A stretch of DNA of 32,000 nucleotides, from positions 53,464-85,463 of the forward strand of contig CAYRPF010000004.1 in assembly GCA_964426185.1 (NCBI GenBank). The letters run 5' to 3'. Source of the stretch: an uncultured archaeon (GTDB taxonomy: Archaea; Asgardarchaeota; Lokiarchaeia; Sigyniarchaeales; Promethearchaeaceae). This document shows, piece after piece, positions 1-9,542 of this stretch. The position numbers were made by a program, and so were the translations under genes. The first letter of the stretch is position 1; each line of letters begins with the position of its first letter. Below the pieces are notes generated by a model. The model saw only the letters and a program-made list of their open reading frames with translations, had not been told where the DNA came from and did no database searches.

Positions 1-2
1 AT

Positions 3-3000
3 AATGATAATGCTCTAAAAAAGGCTGAATCTCCTGCAATCCGCTCTTTGAAGAGCCAATCAAGTATATTGAATTCATTTGATAACATAACTCATCGTTA
101 TATTTTTATCTATTCTAATATGCTTAGTGAGACTGAAAATAGTTCTCTCTTTACGTTCTTTTCTTCAAAAGGCGGAATTATTGAACAACAAACATGGGAA
201 AATATTCCTGGATTTGCAGGAAGAATTAATAATTCTGAAAACAATTTGGGTGCTTTTATATCTGCATTTCCCCCGTTAGAAATATTTGAAGATCCCCTTG
301 TTGAAACTCAAATGAATACTGTCCAAGATCAAATTAATTTCAGACCAGAAATAGCAATGTGGAATAATTACAGCCTCAGAGGTACAAAAAACGCATCTAT
401 TGCAATTATTGATACTGGAGTGGATTACAGTCATTCATTTTTTAATTACTCATATGGCTATGAAGATTTTAATCAAACAATAATAGGATGGACTGATCTC
501 CTTTCTGATGAAAAGTTACCTAATGATAGAAATGGTCACGGAACTGCAATGAGTTCTATTATCGCAGGAAATGACAATCTTTCAGCTATTTCAAATCACA
601 GTGGAAATTCCTTCTATCTGACAAAGAATATTGCCATTGATCATTCCGACTACTTCTATCCCCACTATCTTTCAGAAAAATGGTATGATGTAAAATTAGG
701 GTCTTTTGAGATGGATGAAAATGCCTTAGATTTATTGCAAATCACGGCTAATTTATCCATCCAAAGTAATATGCAAGACTATCGATTACAATTATATCGT
801 AATGGGAATATAATAAATGAGACTTCCCTAAATCCCTTTGAACTTACATGGGATACTTCTGGAATTTTTGACTCCTCGAAAAAACCTGGTATTTACGATA
901 TTGTATTTTCTTATTATAAAAATCTAGAACAGACTCCACGTTTTACCCTCCAAATGCAAGTTCAATTTACTCCAAAAGGATATCCTCATTTACATTCAGA
1001 ATACAGCGGAATAGCTCCCGATTCTCGAATCACAATGATCCGAGCATTAAATGATACCGGTAAAGGGTATTTATCTGATTTAATTTCAGGTTTGGAAGAA
1101 GTATTAATGAATATCTCTTCAAACCACATTATTACTCTGTTGATTTCGGTTGCATCGTTTGATATTCCCCAATCGTTACAAAACTACATAGAAATATTGA
1201 TTGATGAACTCATAAATCAAGGATGTATGGTTATATTTGCCGCAGGAAATAGCGGTGTAGGGGATAAATTAAATAACTTAGCCGTCAGCAAAAAAGCATT
1301 AATTGTAGGGGCTGTAAACGATCAAGATCAATTAACAGATTACAGTGCTCAAAGTTCTTTATCCGACGATGTTAGATCCCTTGATTTATTAGCTCCAGGC
1401 GGAAGTAAGTGGTCAAATTCTCAAATGATAATAACCGCGGACTCAAATATGGGAGATCTCTTTAATAATACTTCGGATTTAATCCGAAATGATCTGACTG
1501 CAATGACTGGAACTTCAATATCTGCAGCAATTTTAGCCGGAGTCTATAATTTGGTGGTAGATTATCTTGGAGGGTGGAAATTTTGGAAATCCGGCGTAAA
1601 TATTACCGAAGAAGCTTTGAAGATAAAAAATTATCTCTTACTAACTGCTTCTGAAACTAATTTACCAAGGGAAGATAACCCATTTACACCGTTTGATGAA
1701 TCTTCTAATAGTCCAACTTTGGATCGTGGAGAAAACGATCCATATGAAGGTTACGGGCGAATTAACCCAGAAGCCGTATTAAATATGTTAAATAATTCAT
1801 TAGAATTGAACCATACATACCAGTTAGATTTGGCCGCTTCTGATAGTAACCCATTTCAAAGGCATGTTTTTGCTTTGAACATAACGTTAGTTAAAGATCA
1901 ATTGTATATTTTTAATTTAACAAATAATGAAGGTTTTTTCTCGAATTTTGATGTAGATTTATATTTATACGATAAACAAGGCACTCGAGATGGATATCCC
2001 ATTTTACTCGCTTCTGCTACTAACGCTGGAACAACAGATGAAACTTTATACTTTACAAATGTTAATGCTACTGATACTTTTTATTTGGTGGTAAAAGCGG
2101 TTTCAGGTACGGGTTCATGTGATCTCACCGTATACCCGAAATTTCAATACAGTAATCCAACATTAAATAACCATGAAATAACTGTTCAATCAGATTTGGG
2201 ATACAATGATACTCTTGATATCTACCAGTTTGAAATAAATTACACCCAGTCTGAAAACATCCCTGCCACCAACATCATTTTAGTTTTTCCCTCAATAAAC
2301 CAGAATTACTCCTTAACACAAGCTCAAATCCTTGATCTAAATTATGAAAATGGAGCAATCTATCAAATTAATGTCCACTTTGAAAATCCTGGAAATTTTA
2401 GTTATTATTTTATAGCTCGAACTGGCTCGTTATTTGTGAATTACTTACATAATACTTCTATTTCCATCTTAGTTAACCCTATTCATCATTTTGCTGGAAC
2501 AAATTTTTCCACTGAACAAGGTTTAATAGAATCATTTTGGGATGCAGAATTCGAAGATACAAAAATTTGGCGGAATAACTATCCTACAACAGTTTCCGTG
2601 GGGTGGCATCCTCTTACTGTTTCACAAAATCTAGAGCCTCGATGGAAAAACGAGTCAGAAGATTCTTGGAAATCATGGTATTTTGGTTATGCGCTATCTG
2701 AAAATTCTTCATATTATCCCTTAGTACAAGATTTTTCTCCGTTGTATACTTACGAAAATACCACAGGAATATTCACACTTGATTCTCCTATTGTGTGGTT
2801 AGAAAATATTACTTTCCCCAATTTTTCACCAATACTAGAATTAGGCTCTCGGATTAGTATAAACCAAGGAGATACTCTTCGTTTAGAAATTAATGTAAAT
2901 CGTTCAGATTGGGTAACTTTAGATTATTGGACTTATGAGCAATATGATTGGACATTGAGCAAATATAATTTGTCGAATTACGTAAACAATTACGTTCAAG

Positions 3001-4883
3001 TACGACTACGGATGGAAGTTGATTCTTCACAGTGGATATTAAAGAAAGGGATCTTTGTAGATTATTTTTCGGTTGGATGGAAGAATATAACAAATTCCCA
3101 TCAGCCTGTATTAGCTCCTGCATTCTCTACCGATAATCAAGAAATACCGCTTTCTAAATCAAAAAATGAAACAAAATGGGGGGATATTGAATTCAATATC
3201 GGATATTGGGATGCAGATGGGGATTTTCCTGTTGAAATTTTTTTGGAAATAGATAATTACAATCATTCTTTATATAATGTTGATGGAATTTGGAAAACTG
3301 GAGCATATAATCATTCAATAGACTTACAAATAAGATATTCTTGCAATATTCCATTAATTGCCCTTGAAAATTATAGTTTTAGATTTCTTGCATCTGATGG
3401 AAAATACAATGTTTCTACTCCATGGTTTAATATAGATTTATCAAACCAATATGAAATTTTGCCTTTTCCAGTAGTTAACCTATTATCCTCTGCAAATTTT
3501 ATGCGATGGGGATTCCCTCATAATCTATCAACATCAGAATGGGATTCTCCCTCTTCTGGATGGCATCAAGTCCAAACTTTAAAATCTTTAAATTTATCTC
3601 AAGAATGGTATTGTGGTATTGGAGATTACGCGGGTTACTCACATAATTTTGATGCACGATTATATTCACCAATAATTCATATAAATGCTAGTCATGAAGC
3701 ATTTCTTTATCTTTCTCACCGATTAAGGTTTGATAGCGAAGGCAACGAGGGTAATGACTTTGCCGAAATTCTCATCTCCGATGATTATGGAGACTCTTGG
3801 CATTCTCTTCAGCTATTTGAAAAGGAAACCCCTGGAATTAATTTTACAGAAATTGCAGTTGAGCTTTCTGAATATAATGAAAAAGACATTATTCTACAAT
3901 TTCTTTTTCATTCTGATAATTCTGGAGAACAAATACAGAATTCTGGCTGGAAAATAAAAGAATTATCCATAAACATCAATACAACGAAAGATTATAATCC
4001 ACCTCAGATTATCTTCTCAAATATTAAGGATGGTGAAACTATCCAAGGTGTTCTTAACATAACTATCTATATTCAAGATGATTCCGCCATCGATAAATTC
4101 AGAACAGAGATGTGGGTTGATAATCATCAAATTGATGTTCAATTAGATTCAAACCAAACTATCTCGTTAGAAATTGATACACGACCATATAAAAATGGAT
4201 ATTCCTTGGAAATCATCATTGTTGTTTACGATATTGAAGGAAATCGTCAATTTGAGAAAATTCATTTAATCGTAGACAATCCTCCTTCTACCATTTCTTT
4301 AATAATTTATAGCTTATTTGGGGTTCTGGGTTTAATTTTATTAGGAATTTACAGTTATAAACAATATATAAAACATAAATTAATTAAAGAAGGTAAGTAT
4401 GTACGTCAACCAACTTGGATTGAACGTATCCAACAGGCGAAATTTGAAACCAATAAAACTAGAGAAGAAGCTTTGATGATATTAGATCAGCTGGATTTAG
4501 AATGGGAAAAAATGCAGCCGATGAGACTCTTTTGTAAAAAATGCCATCGAATGTATATTTCACCTGAATTTGAAATTTTCTGTCCTCATTGTAAAGAGTC
4601 GACTTTGTATGTGGCAAAATATTGTCCAGTATGCAAGAAATGGAATTATTTCGATGAAGATACTATAACAACACAGTGTAAGAAATGCCATTTGACCTTG
4701 GTAAAGGACTTCAATAAAGCTAAAGCTCACATTATAGAATTTCAAAAAAAGAATATTTCCATGGTATTAATTTCGGAAGAAGATAAGCAAGCCCTTCAAA
4801 ATATAATAGAGCAGCTTTCACTTGATGAATTAATCCATTTATATGAAGAAATTAAAGATAAGAAATTGGAGAATGATTCTTGA
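3..4883 (+). CDS. Giant membrane-anchored S8 (subtilisin-family) serine peptidase with PPC, Ig-like and MAM-like beta domains, one C-terminal TM helix and a cytoplasmic double zinc ribbon; 5' end probably outside the window
   Basis: Catalytic motifs IAIIDTGVD (Asp, nt 411), NGHGTAMSSIIAG (His, nt 537), AAGNSG (oxyanion Asn) and MTGTSISAA (Ser, nt 1515). PPC-like FDVDLYLYD...YLVVKAVSG. TM ISLIIYSLFGVLGLILLGIY. Four CxxC pairs in the tail. The frame is open from the window edge to the called TTG at 48, and no signal peptide follows that TTG. Confidence 0.92.
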   Translation, partial: NDNALKKAESPAIRSLKSQSSILNSFDNITHRYIFIYSNMLSETENSSLFTFFSSKGGIIEQQTWENIPGFAGRINNSENNLGAFISAFPPLEIFEDPLVETQMNTVQDQINFRPEIAMWNNYSLRGTKNASIAIIDTGVDYSHSFFNYSYGYEDFNQTIIGWTDLLSDEKLPNDRNGHGTAMSSIIAGNDNLSAISNHSGNSFYLTKNIAIDHSDYFYPHYLSEKWYDVKLGSFEMDENALDLLQITANLSIQSNMQDYRLQLYRNGNIINETSLNPFELTWDTSGIFDSSKKPGIYDIVFSYYKNLEQTPRFTLQMQVQFTPKGYPHLHSEYSGIAPDSRITMIRALNDTGKGYLSDLISGLEEVLMNISSNHIITLLISVASFDIPQSLQNYIEILIDELINQGCMVIFAAGNSGVGDKLNNLAVSKKALIVGAVNDQDQLTDYSAQSSLSDDVRSLDLLAPGGSKWSNSQMIITADSNMGDLFNNTSDLIRNDLTAMTGTSISAAILAGVYNLVVDYLGGWKFWKSGVNITEEALKIKNYLLLTASETNLPREDNPFTPFDESSNSPTLDRGENDPYEGYGRINPEAVLNMLNNSLELNHTYQLDLAASDSNPFQRHVFALNITLVKDQLYIFNLTNNEGFFSNFDVDLYLYDKQGTRDGYPILLASATNAGTTDETLYFTNVNATDTFYLVVKAVSGTGSCDLTVYPKFQYSNPTLNNHEITVQSDLGYNDTLDIYQFEINYTQSENIPATNIILVFPSINQNYSLTQAQILDLNYENGAIYQINVHFENPGNFSYYFIARTGSLFVNYLHNTSISILVNPIHHFAGTNFSTEQGLIESFWDAEFEDTKIWRNNYPTTVSVGWHPLTVSQNLEPRWKNESEDSWKSWYFGYALSENSSYYPLVQDFSPLYTYENTTGIFTLDSPIVWLENITFPNFSPILELGSRISINQGDTLRLEINVNRSDWVTLDYWTYEQYDWTLSKYNLSNYVNNYVQVRLRMEVDSSQWILKKGIFVDYFSVGWKNITNSHQPVLAPAFSTDNQEIPLSKSKNETKWGDIEFNIGYWDADGDFPVEIFLEIDNYNHSLYNVDGIWKTGAYNHSIDLQIRYSCNIPLIALENYSFRFLASDGKYNVSTPWFNIDLSNQYEILPFPVVNLLSSANFMRWGFPHNLSTSEWDSPSSGWHQVQTLKSLNLSQEWYCGIGDYAGYSHNFDARLYSPIIHINASHEAFLYLSHRLRFDSEGNEGNDFAEILISDDYGDSWHSLQLFEKETPGINFTEIAVELSEYNEKDIILQFLFHSDNSGEQIQNSGWKIKELSININTTKDYNPPQIIFSNIKDGETIQGVLNITIYIQDDSAIDKFRTEMWVDNHQIDVQLDSNQTISLEIDTRPYKNGYSLEIIIVVYDIEGNRQFEKIHLIVDNPPSTISLIIYSLFGVLGLILLGIYSYKQYIKHKLIKEGKYVRQPTWIERIQQAKFETNKTREEALMILDQLDLEWEKMQPMRLFCKKCHRMYISPEFEIFCPHCKESTLYVAKYCPVCKKWNYFDEDTITTQCKKCHLTLVKDFNKAKAHIIEFQKKNISMVLISEEDKQALQNIIEQLSLDELIHLYEEIKDKKLENDS

Positions 4884-7813
4884 TGAAGTTAATTCAATAT
4901 ACCCTTAACGATCTTAAGCGACAACGTGTAAAAACTATATTTGCAATTGCGGGTGTTTTTGTTAGCATTTTTTTACTTACAGTTGTTGGCTCTTTGTCTG
5001 ATTCTCTGAGTTTCTCTTACTTAGATCAAGCAACAAGTGAATCTGGCTCTGCAGATATTGCAATTACAAAAATTACCACGCAAGATTATAATTATGATCC
5101 ATATTTCTCTGAAAATGTAATTCTTGAAAAGCTCGCTACTGGAATTCCCGAAATTGAAGCTTTTTTTCCTCGCATATGGAATATTATGCGAGTCGAAAAA
5201 TTTGATGAAGAAATTAACTTAAATGTCAGAAAATCCATAATCGGATATGGAATTAACACCACAGTAGAACAAGAAAGCGGAGAAATGGGTAATTTATGGC
5301 TTTGTGAAAACAATCCTTCATATACGCGGACGGAAGAAGTATTTGAAGGACCAATTCGCGATGGAAGTGTTTTACTAACTCGTGGTGCGGCAAAATTGTA
5401 TCATGCCAAAGAAGGTGATGAAATTACCGTAACATTTGGTAGTGAAACGCGTACTTATATAATTCAAGCAATAGTTGAGCAGGAATTGCGATTTTCTCGT
5501 TTAGAATCCACTTTGATCATATTTGAACTTCCTGCAGCTCAGGATTTAATGAATCAAATTGGTAAAATAAATTCAATTCAAGCAATTCTAAAGAATCCTG
5601 AAAATTTCTACGATACTCGTAATATCGCTGCAAGTTTGAGTAAAATCCGCTTAGTTGCGGAACAAGTTCAAGTTCAAATGGGTTTTGAATATCAAGTTTC
5701 TTTACCAAAAATGGAGCAAGTGGAAAATATTGAGCAGCAATCCACTATGATGACTATCACTTTCTATTTTATTACTGCGTTTTCAATGTTAATAACTGGG
5801 ATTTTAATTAATTCGATTTTGATGACTTCAGTTGAAGAACGCATTCGTGAATTTGGAATTTTGCAAGTTGTGGGAGGAAAACGGAAATTTACTTTTAAAA
5901 TGGTTCTTCTTTCGGGTTTTATAATTGCCTTTACTGGAACGTTTCTGGGTACATTTCTCGCAGCATTTACTGCGCCACCAATTTTAAACTGGATGTTCGA
6001 ATACTTTAATTTATGGGTCATTCCAATCAATTTTCTAATACTTCCTCAAACTATTATTCGATCTTTACTTATCGGTGTGATTATTACCAGTGGAATTTCT
6101 ATTTTTCCCGCATTTAGAGCCAGTCGTTTAGTAATTGCAGATGCAATAGATCCGGCTCGTCGTAATGACCTTGGTGAAAAATACCGAATTAAGAAAGAGG
6201 GATCAGCCAATTTAAAACTTATTGGAATTGGTTTTGGCATTGCATTGGCTGGCATTTTTATCTTTTTGGTTGTGCCTCGATTACTTTCAGGTTCGGGAGG
6301 CATCAATCTAACTAACTACGTGTTCATGATTGTTTTGCTATTAATCTTAATTGGATTGGTGCTGGCTACAATAGGATTTGTGCCAGTTCTAGAAAAACTT
6401 ATTGGATTGCTTTTCAAGCCTTTTATATCTCGCTATTATCCGATTTATCGCATCAACTTGGTTAGATACCGTCGACGTAATACTGGTAATATTTTAATGT
6501 TTGCGCTGACATTTGCATTCATCTTTTTTATATCTTCAATTTTAGAAATGAATACTGCAAACAATTCGGTTTTTTTTGAATTCCAATATGGAGCTGATTT
6601 GGTCATGTCAAATACCGGCACACTTGAAGCGGATAATGCCATGGATATGGGACTTTTCTATGAACTTGAAGAATTACCGGGTATTCGAAGTGCTGCACCC
6701 TTATTATCCAATAGTCCCATTGATTTTGCAAAAATCACTTCCGCAATATTTAATGTTGGAGAAGAAGGGGTGGATGATATACTGAGTTTCAGTGAAATTT
6801 TCGGAAGTATTCCCAAATTAACCACCTACGCTGGAGATCTCGGTGATTATCATAATTATTACTGTAATATTTTTGGAATTGATGATAATTTTTACGATAC
6901 CGTTGACAGAGATATGTTATTATGGGATGAAGGGGGAAATAATGAATTAATCAATGAAGTTATTCAATCTTCAAAAAAATGTATCATTGGAAAGAGTTTA
7001 GCTGATGGATTAGGGATTAGCACATTGCCTGCCCAAATTAAAATTTCTGTATTCGATCCTCAGCAAAATGATGATGATCCCGATAAAGGTAATATTACCG
7101 TTTTTGAAGTTATTGGTATATCAAAGGGAATACCTGGAATTTGGAATTTCCGTTCAAGTGAAGCTAATTTAAATATGGCTCCAGGAATATTACTAAACAC
7201 AGAAGATTACTGTGAAATCATGAACTGGGGTGATCCTACTTCAGAAGATACAATTATTGATAAGGTTTTAATTAATGTGGTAGATAATGATTATGAAAGC
7301 GTAAAAGACATTCAAAACTATGTAAAAAACTATTTTTCGGAAAATTACAAATTTATATTGGATGAACCTGAATCACTAATTCAGTTTATGGCGAGTGCTA
7401 ATAAAACTTCTAATATTGTCATGGAAGTGATACTCTTTTTCAGTATCTTAGTAAGTCTTTTTGGTCTGATTTCATCTATGTATTCTACTATTATAGAACG
7501 GATGTTTGAAATCGGGATTTTACGCGCTATGGGTATGAAGCCATATGAAGTAAGATTAATGCTGATGGCTGAAGCAGTGACTGTAATGATTTCTTCTGGA
7601 TCATTGGGAGCAATTATTGGATGGTTTATTGCCTATCTTTTACAAACAAATGTGGCATTGCTCACTGAATTACCAGTAGTTACCACAATCAATATAGGAA
7701 CCTTAATCTCTACTTTTGCAGTTTCAATAGGAATCAGCATAATCGGAATGTATTTTATTACTCGAAAAGTTCATAAAATGAAGATTATGGAAGTATTACG
7801 ACAAACATTTTAG
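4883..7813 (+). CDS. ABC transporter permease, FtsX/MacB family, two fused repeats
   Basis: Two FtsX signatures (SVEERIREFGILQVVG and TIIERMFEIGILRAMG), two large extracytoplasmic domains and about 8 TM helices. ATG at 4883 overlaps the upstream TGA (TGATG). Confidence 0.92.
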   Translation: MKLIQYTLNDLKRQRVKTIFAIAGVFVSIFLLTVVGSLSDSLSFSYLDQATSESGSADIAITKITTQDYNYDPYFSENVILEKLATGIPEIEAFFPRIWNIMRVEKFDEEINLNVRKSIIGYGINTTVEQESGEMGNLWLCENNPSYTRTEEVFEGPIRDGSVLLTRGAAKLYHAKEGDEITVTFGSETRTYIIQAIVEQELRFSRLESTLIIFELPAAQDLMNQIGKINSIQAILKNPENFYDTRNIAASLSKIRLVAEQVQVQMGFEYQVSLPKMEQVENIEQQSTMMTITFYFITAFSMLITGILINSILMTSVEERIREFGILQVVGGKRKFTFKMVLLSGFIIAFTGTFLGTFLAAFTAPPILNWMFEYFNLWVIPINFLILPQTIIRSLLIGVIITSGISIFPAFRASRLVIADAIDPARRNDLGEKYRIKKEGSANLKLIGIGFGIALAGIFIFLVVPRLLSGSGGINLTNYVFMIVLLLILIGLVLATIGFVPVLEKLIGLLFKPFISRYYPIYRINLVRYRRRNTGNILMFALTFAFIFFISSILEMNTANNSVFFEFQYGADLVMSNTGTLEADNAMDMGLFYELEELPGIRSAAPLLSNSPIDFAKITSAIFNVGEEGVDDILSFSEIFGSIPKLTTYAGDLGDYHNYYCNIFGIDDNFYDTVDRDMLLWDEGGNNELINEVIQSSKKCIIGKSLADGLGISTLPAQIKISVFDPQQNDDDPDKGNITVFEVIGISKGIPGIWNFRSSEANLNMAPGILLNTEDYCEIMNWGDPTSEDTIIDKVLINVVDNDYESVKDIQNYVKNYFSENYKFILDEPESLIQFMASANKTSNIVMEVILFFSILVSLFGLISSMYSTIIERMFEIGILRAMGMKPYEVRLMLMAEAVTVMISSGSLGAIIGWFIAYLLQTNVALLTELPVVTTINIGTLISTFAVSIGISIIGMYFITRKVHKMKIMEVLRQTF

Positions 7814-7827
7814 CTTTGTTTTGTAAT

Positions 7828-8718
7828 TTAATTTTCTTCTTCTAAATCAAAATCTTCATCATCTTCTTCAAATTCTTTGATATTTTCATTATCTTTCTTC
7901 CGTCGCCGAAAAAGATGATGCTTTGGCTTGTAGAGATTACGAGAATCAAGAGGGTTGGCAACCAATATCTTTTGCTCCATTATTGAATATCTTAAGAATA
8001 GGTGATTTTTCCAAATTACTTCAAGAGATTGATCGAAGGGATCTAATAAAGCATACGAATAACGAAATTCAGAATGATTTTTGCCTCCAATTCGAATTAA
8101 TTTATCTATACATACAATCAGTCCGCACGAGGTTTTCATAAAATTCGAGTAATGAAAGTGACCAAAAATCATAAGAGATGGGCATAATTGGTCATAATAT
8201 TTTCGAACCATAGGTGATCCTGTTTTTGAGAGTTTTTGATGTGTTTTAAAATGAAGAGTATCATCTAATAGTCCATAAGGAGGACGGTGAGACAAAATGA
8301 TATCAAAACCATCATCACGGGAAAATTCTGGATGTTTCGGATTAGTATCGTCTTCTTCTCCCTGGTATTGATAATCAATGGGGAGAACTTTCCAATCATT
8401 TAGGTAAAATGGTTGCTGATCTTTCATCAAATACATTTTTGGAAAATTCCACCAATTATCGGGTTGAGTTAAATCTTCATTACCCCGAAGATGATAAAGT
8501 GGAAAAGGAAATTTCTCAAAATAAGTTAAATCGTTCCATTCGTTTTTTACCTGGGTTTTTAAGTTAGGATCAAAATTACGACCAGACCAAAAATCACCTA
8601 AATGAACTGCAAAGTCAATATTTTCCTTTTTATCTACCTGGTAGAAAAAATCTGTCATTTCTGGAATTTTTGCATGTACGTCACTAATTATCAATATTTT
8701 TCCAAGTTTCTTTTCCAT
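7828..8718 (-). CDS. Calcineurin-like metallophosphoesterase
   Basis: Motifs ISDVH, HLGD, RGNED, LSHRPP and FGHFH. Confidence 0.9.
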   Translation of the reverse strand: MEKKLGKILIISDVHAKIPEMTDFFYQVDKKENIDFAVHLGDFWSGRNFDPNLKTQVKNEWNDLTYFEKFPFPLYHLRGNEDLTQPDNWWNFPKMYLMKDQQPFYLNDWKVLPIDYQYQGEEDDTNPKHPEFSRDDGFDIILSHRPPYGLLDDTLHFKTHQKLSKTGSPMVRKYYDQLCPSLMIFGHFHYSNFMKTSCGLIVCIDKLIRIGGKNHSEFRYSYALLDPFDQSLEVIWKNHLFLRYSIMEQKILVANPLDSRNLYKPKHHLFRRRKKDNENIKEFEEDDEDFDLEEEN

Positions 8719-8831
8719 AAATTGTTACACCGTAAGAGAAATCTCATAACAATATTGATCGATTTCGCTAAGCTTATACAAATAAAGAAAAGCTGATCCT
8801 AAATAAGGGCTTGGGAAATTGCAATTTTGCC

Positions 8832-9518
8832 TTATAAATAGGGGAGATAAATCTGCACCCACAAAATGGAATCAAAAACACCATGAGCCACTATAGCTGT
8901 TACTAAATCTCCTTTTTGAATTAACACAATACCCCCCAGAATTAAACCGAAAACGAAATAATAGGACCAAAATGTCACAAAAGTCATCCATGGGACTATC
9001 CCCGGAAATACGTGATAAATCATAAATAATGCACTACTCACTACAATGGCCCAGAAACGAGACTTATGTCCAATCTCTTTCATAATTACGCCGCGATAGA
9101 GAAATTCTTCAGATAATGAAACTGTAACGAACATTAAAATTATACCAATAACAATAATTGTCCAAATTAAGAAAGGGTTGGGCGGTGGCGGTGGTGGAAT
9201 TGTATTTACCGAACCGGCTACTGCATTGTGATAAAATTCTTCTCCTTTCCATTGAATTATCAATTTTCTGATTGAAGATGCCATTAAATTTCCAAGGAAG
9301 TAAAATCCAACTCCTAAAAGCACTCCGAGAGAAATATCCAATAATCGCAATTTCCGTGGCCGGTTGAGTCGTTCATTGGGAATAATTCGATGGCGAAATT
9401 CGTATTTCAAATCTTTTTTTTGCATCTTAAAAATTACCAGTGGTATCAAGATAAAAAATAATTCTCCAATGCAAAAAAGGAAATAGAACATTATAGTTTG
9501 CGCAAGATCCAAACCCAT
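8832..9518 (-). CDS. CPBP (Rce1/Abi, type II CAAX-like) intramembrane glutamic endopeptidase
   Basis: EEFLYRG, FMIYH and AHGVFD motifs in a multi-TM protein. Confidence 0.9.
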   Translation of the reverse strand: MGLDLAQTIMFYFLFCIGELFFILIPLVIFKMQKKDLKYEFRHRIIPNERLNRPRKLRLLDISLGVLLGVGFYFLGNLMASSIRKLIIQWKGEEFYHNAVAGSVNTIPPPPPPNPFLIWTIIVIGIILMFVTVSLSEEFLYRGVIMKEIGHKSRFWAIVVSSALFMIYHVFPGIVPWMTFVTFWSYYFVFGLILGGIVLIQKGDLVTAIVAHGVFDSILWVQIYLPYL

Positions 9519-9542
9519 TATTATTATATGAGGAACAATGGA

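Noticed and set aside
4881-4886. TGA TGA at the end of the protease as a selenocysteine or readthrough fusion to the permease
   Set aside because: The permease is in a different frame, the stop is doubled and no SECIS-like hairpin is evident; TGATG coupling explains it.
8832-9518. CPBP/Abi protein as a phage-defence or prenylation-pathway gene
   Set aside because: The family is ubiquitous and no supporting neighbours are present.
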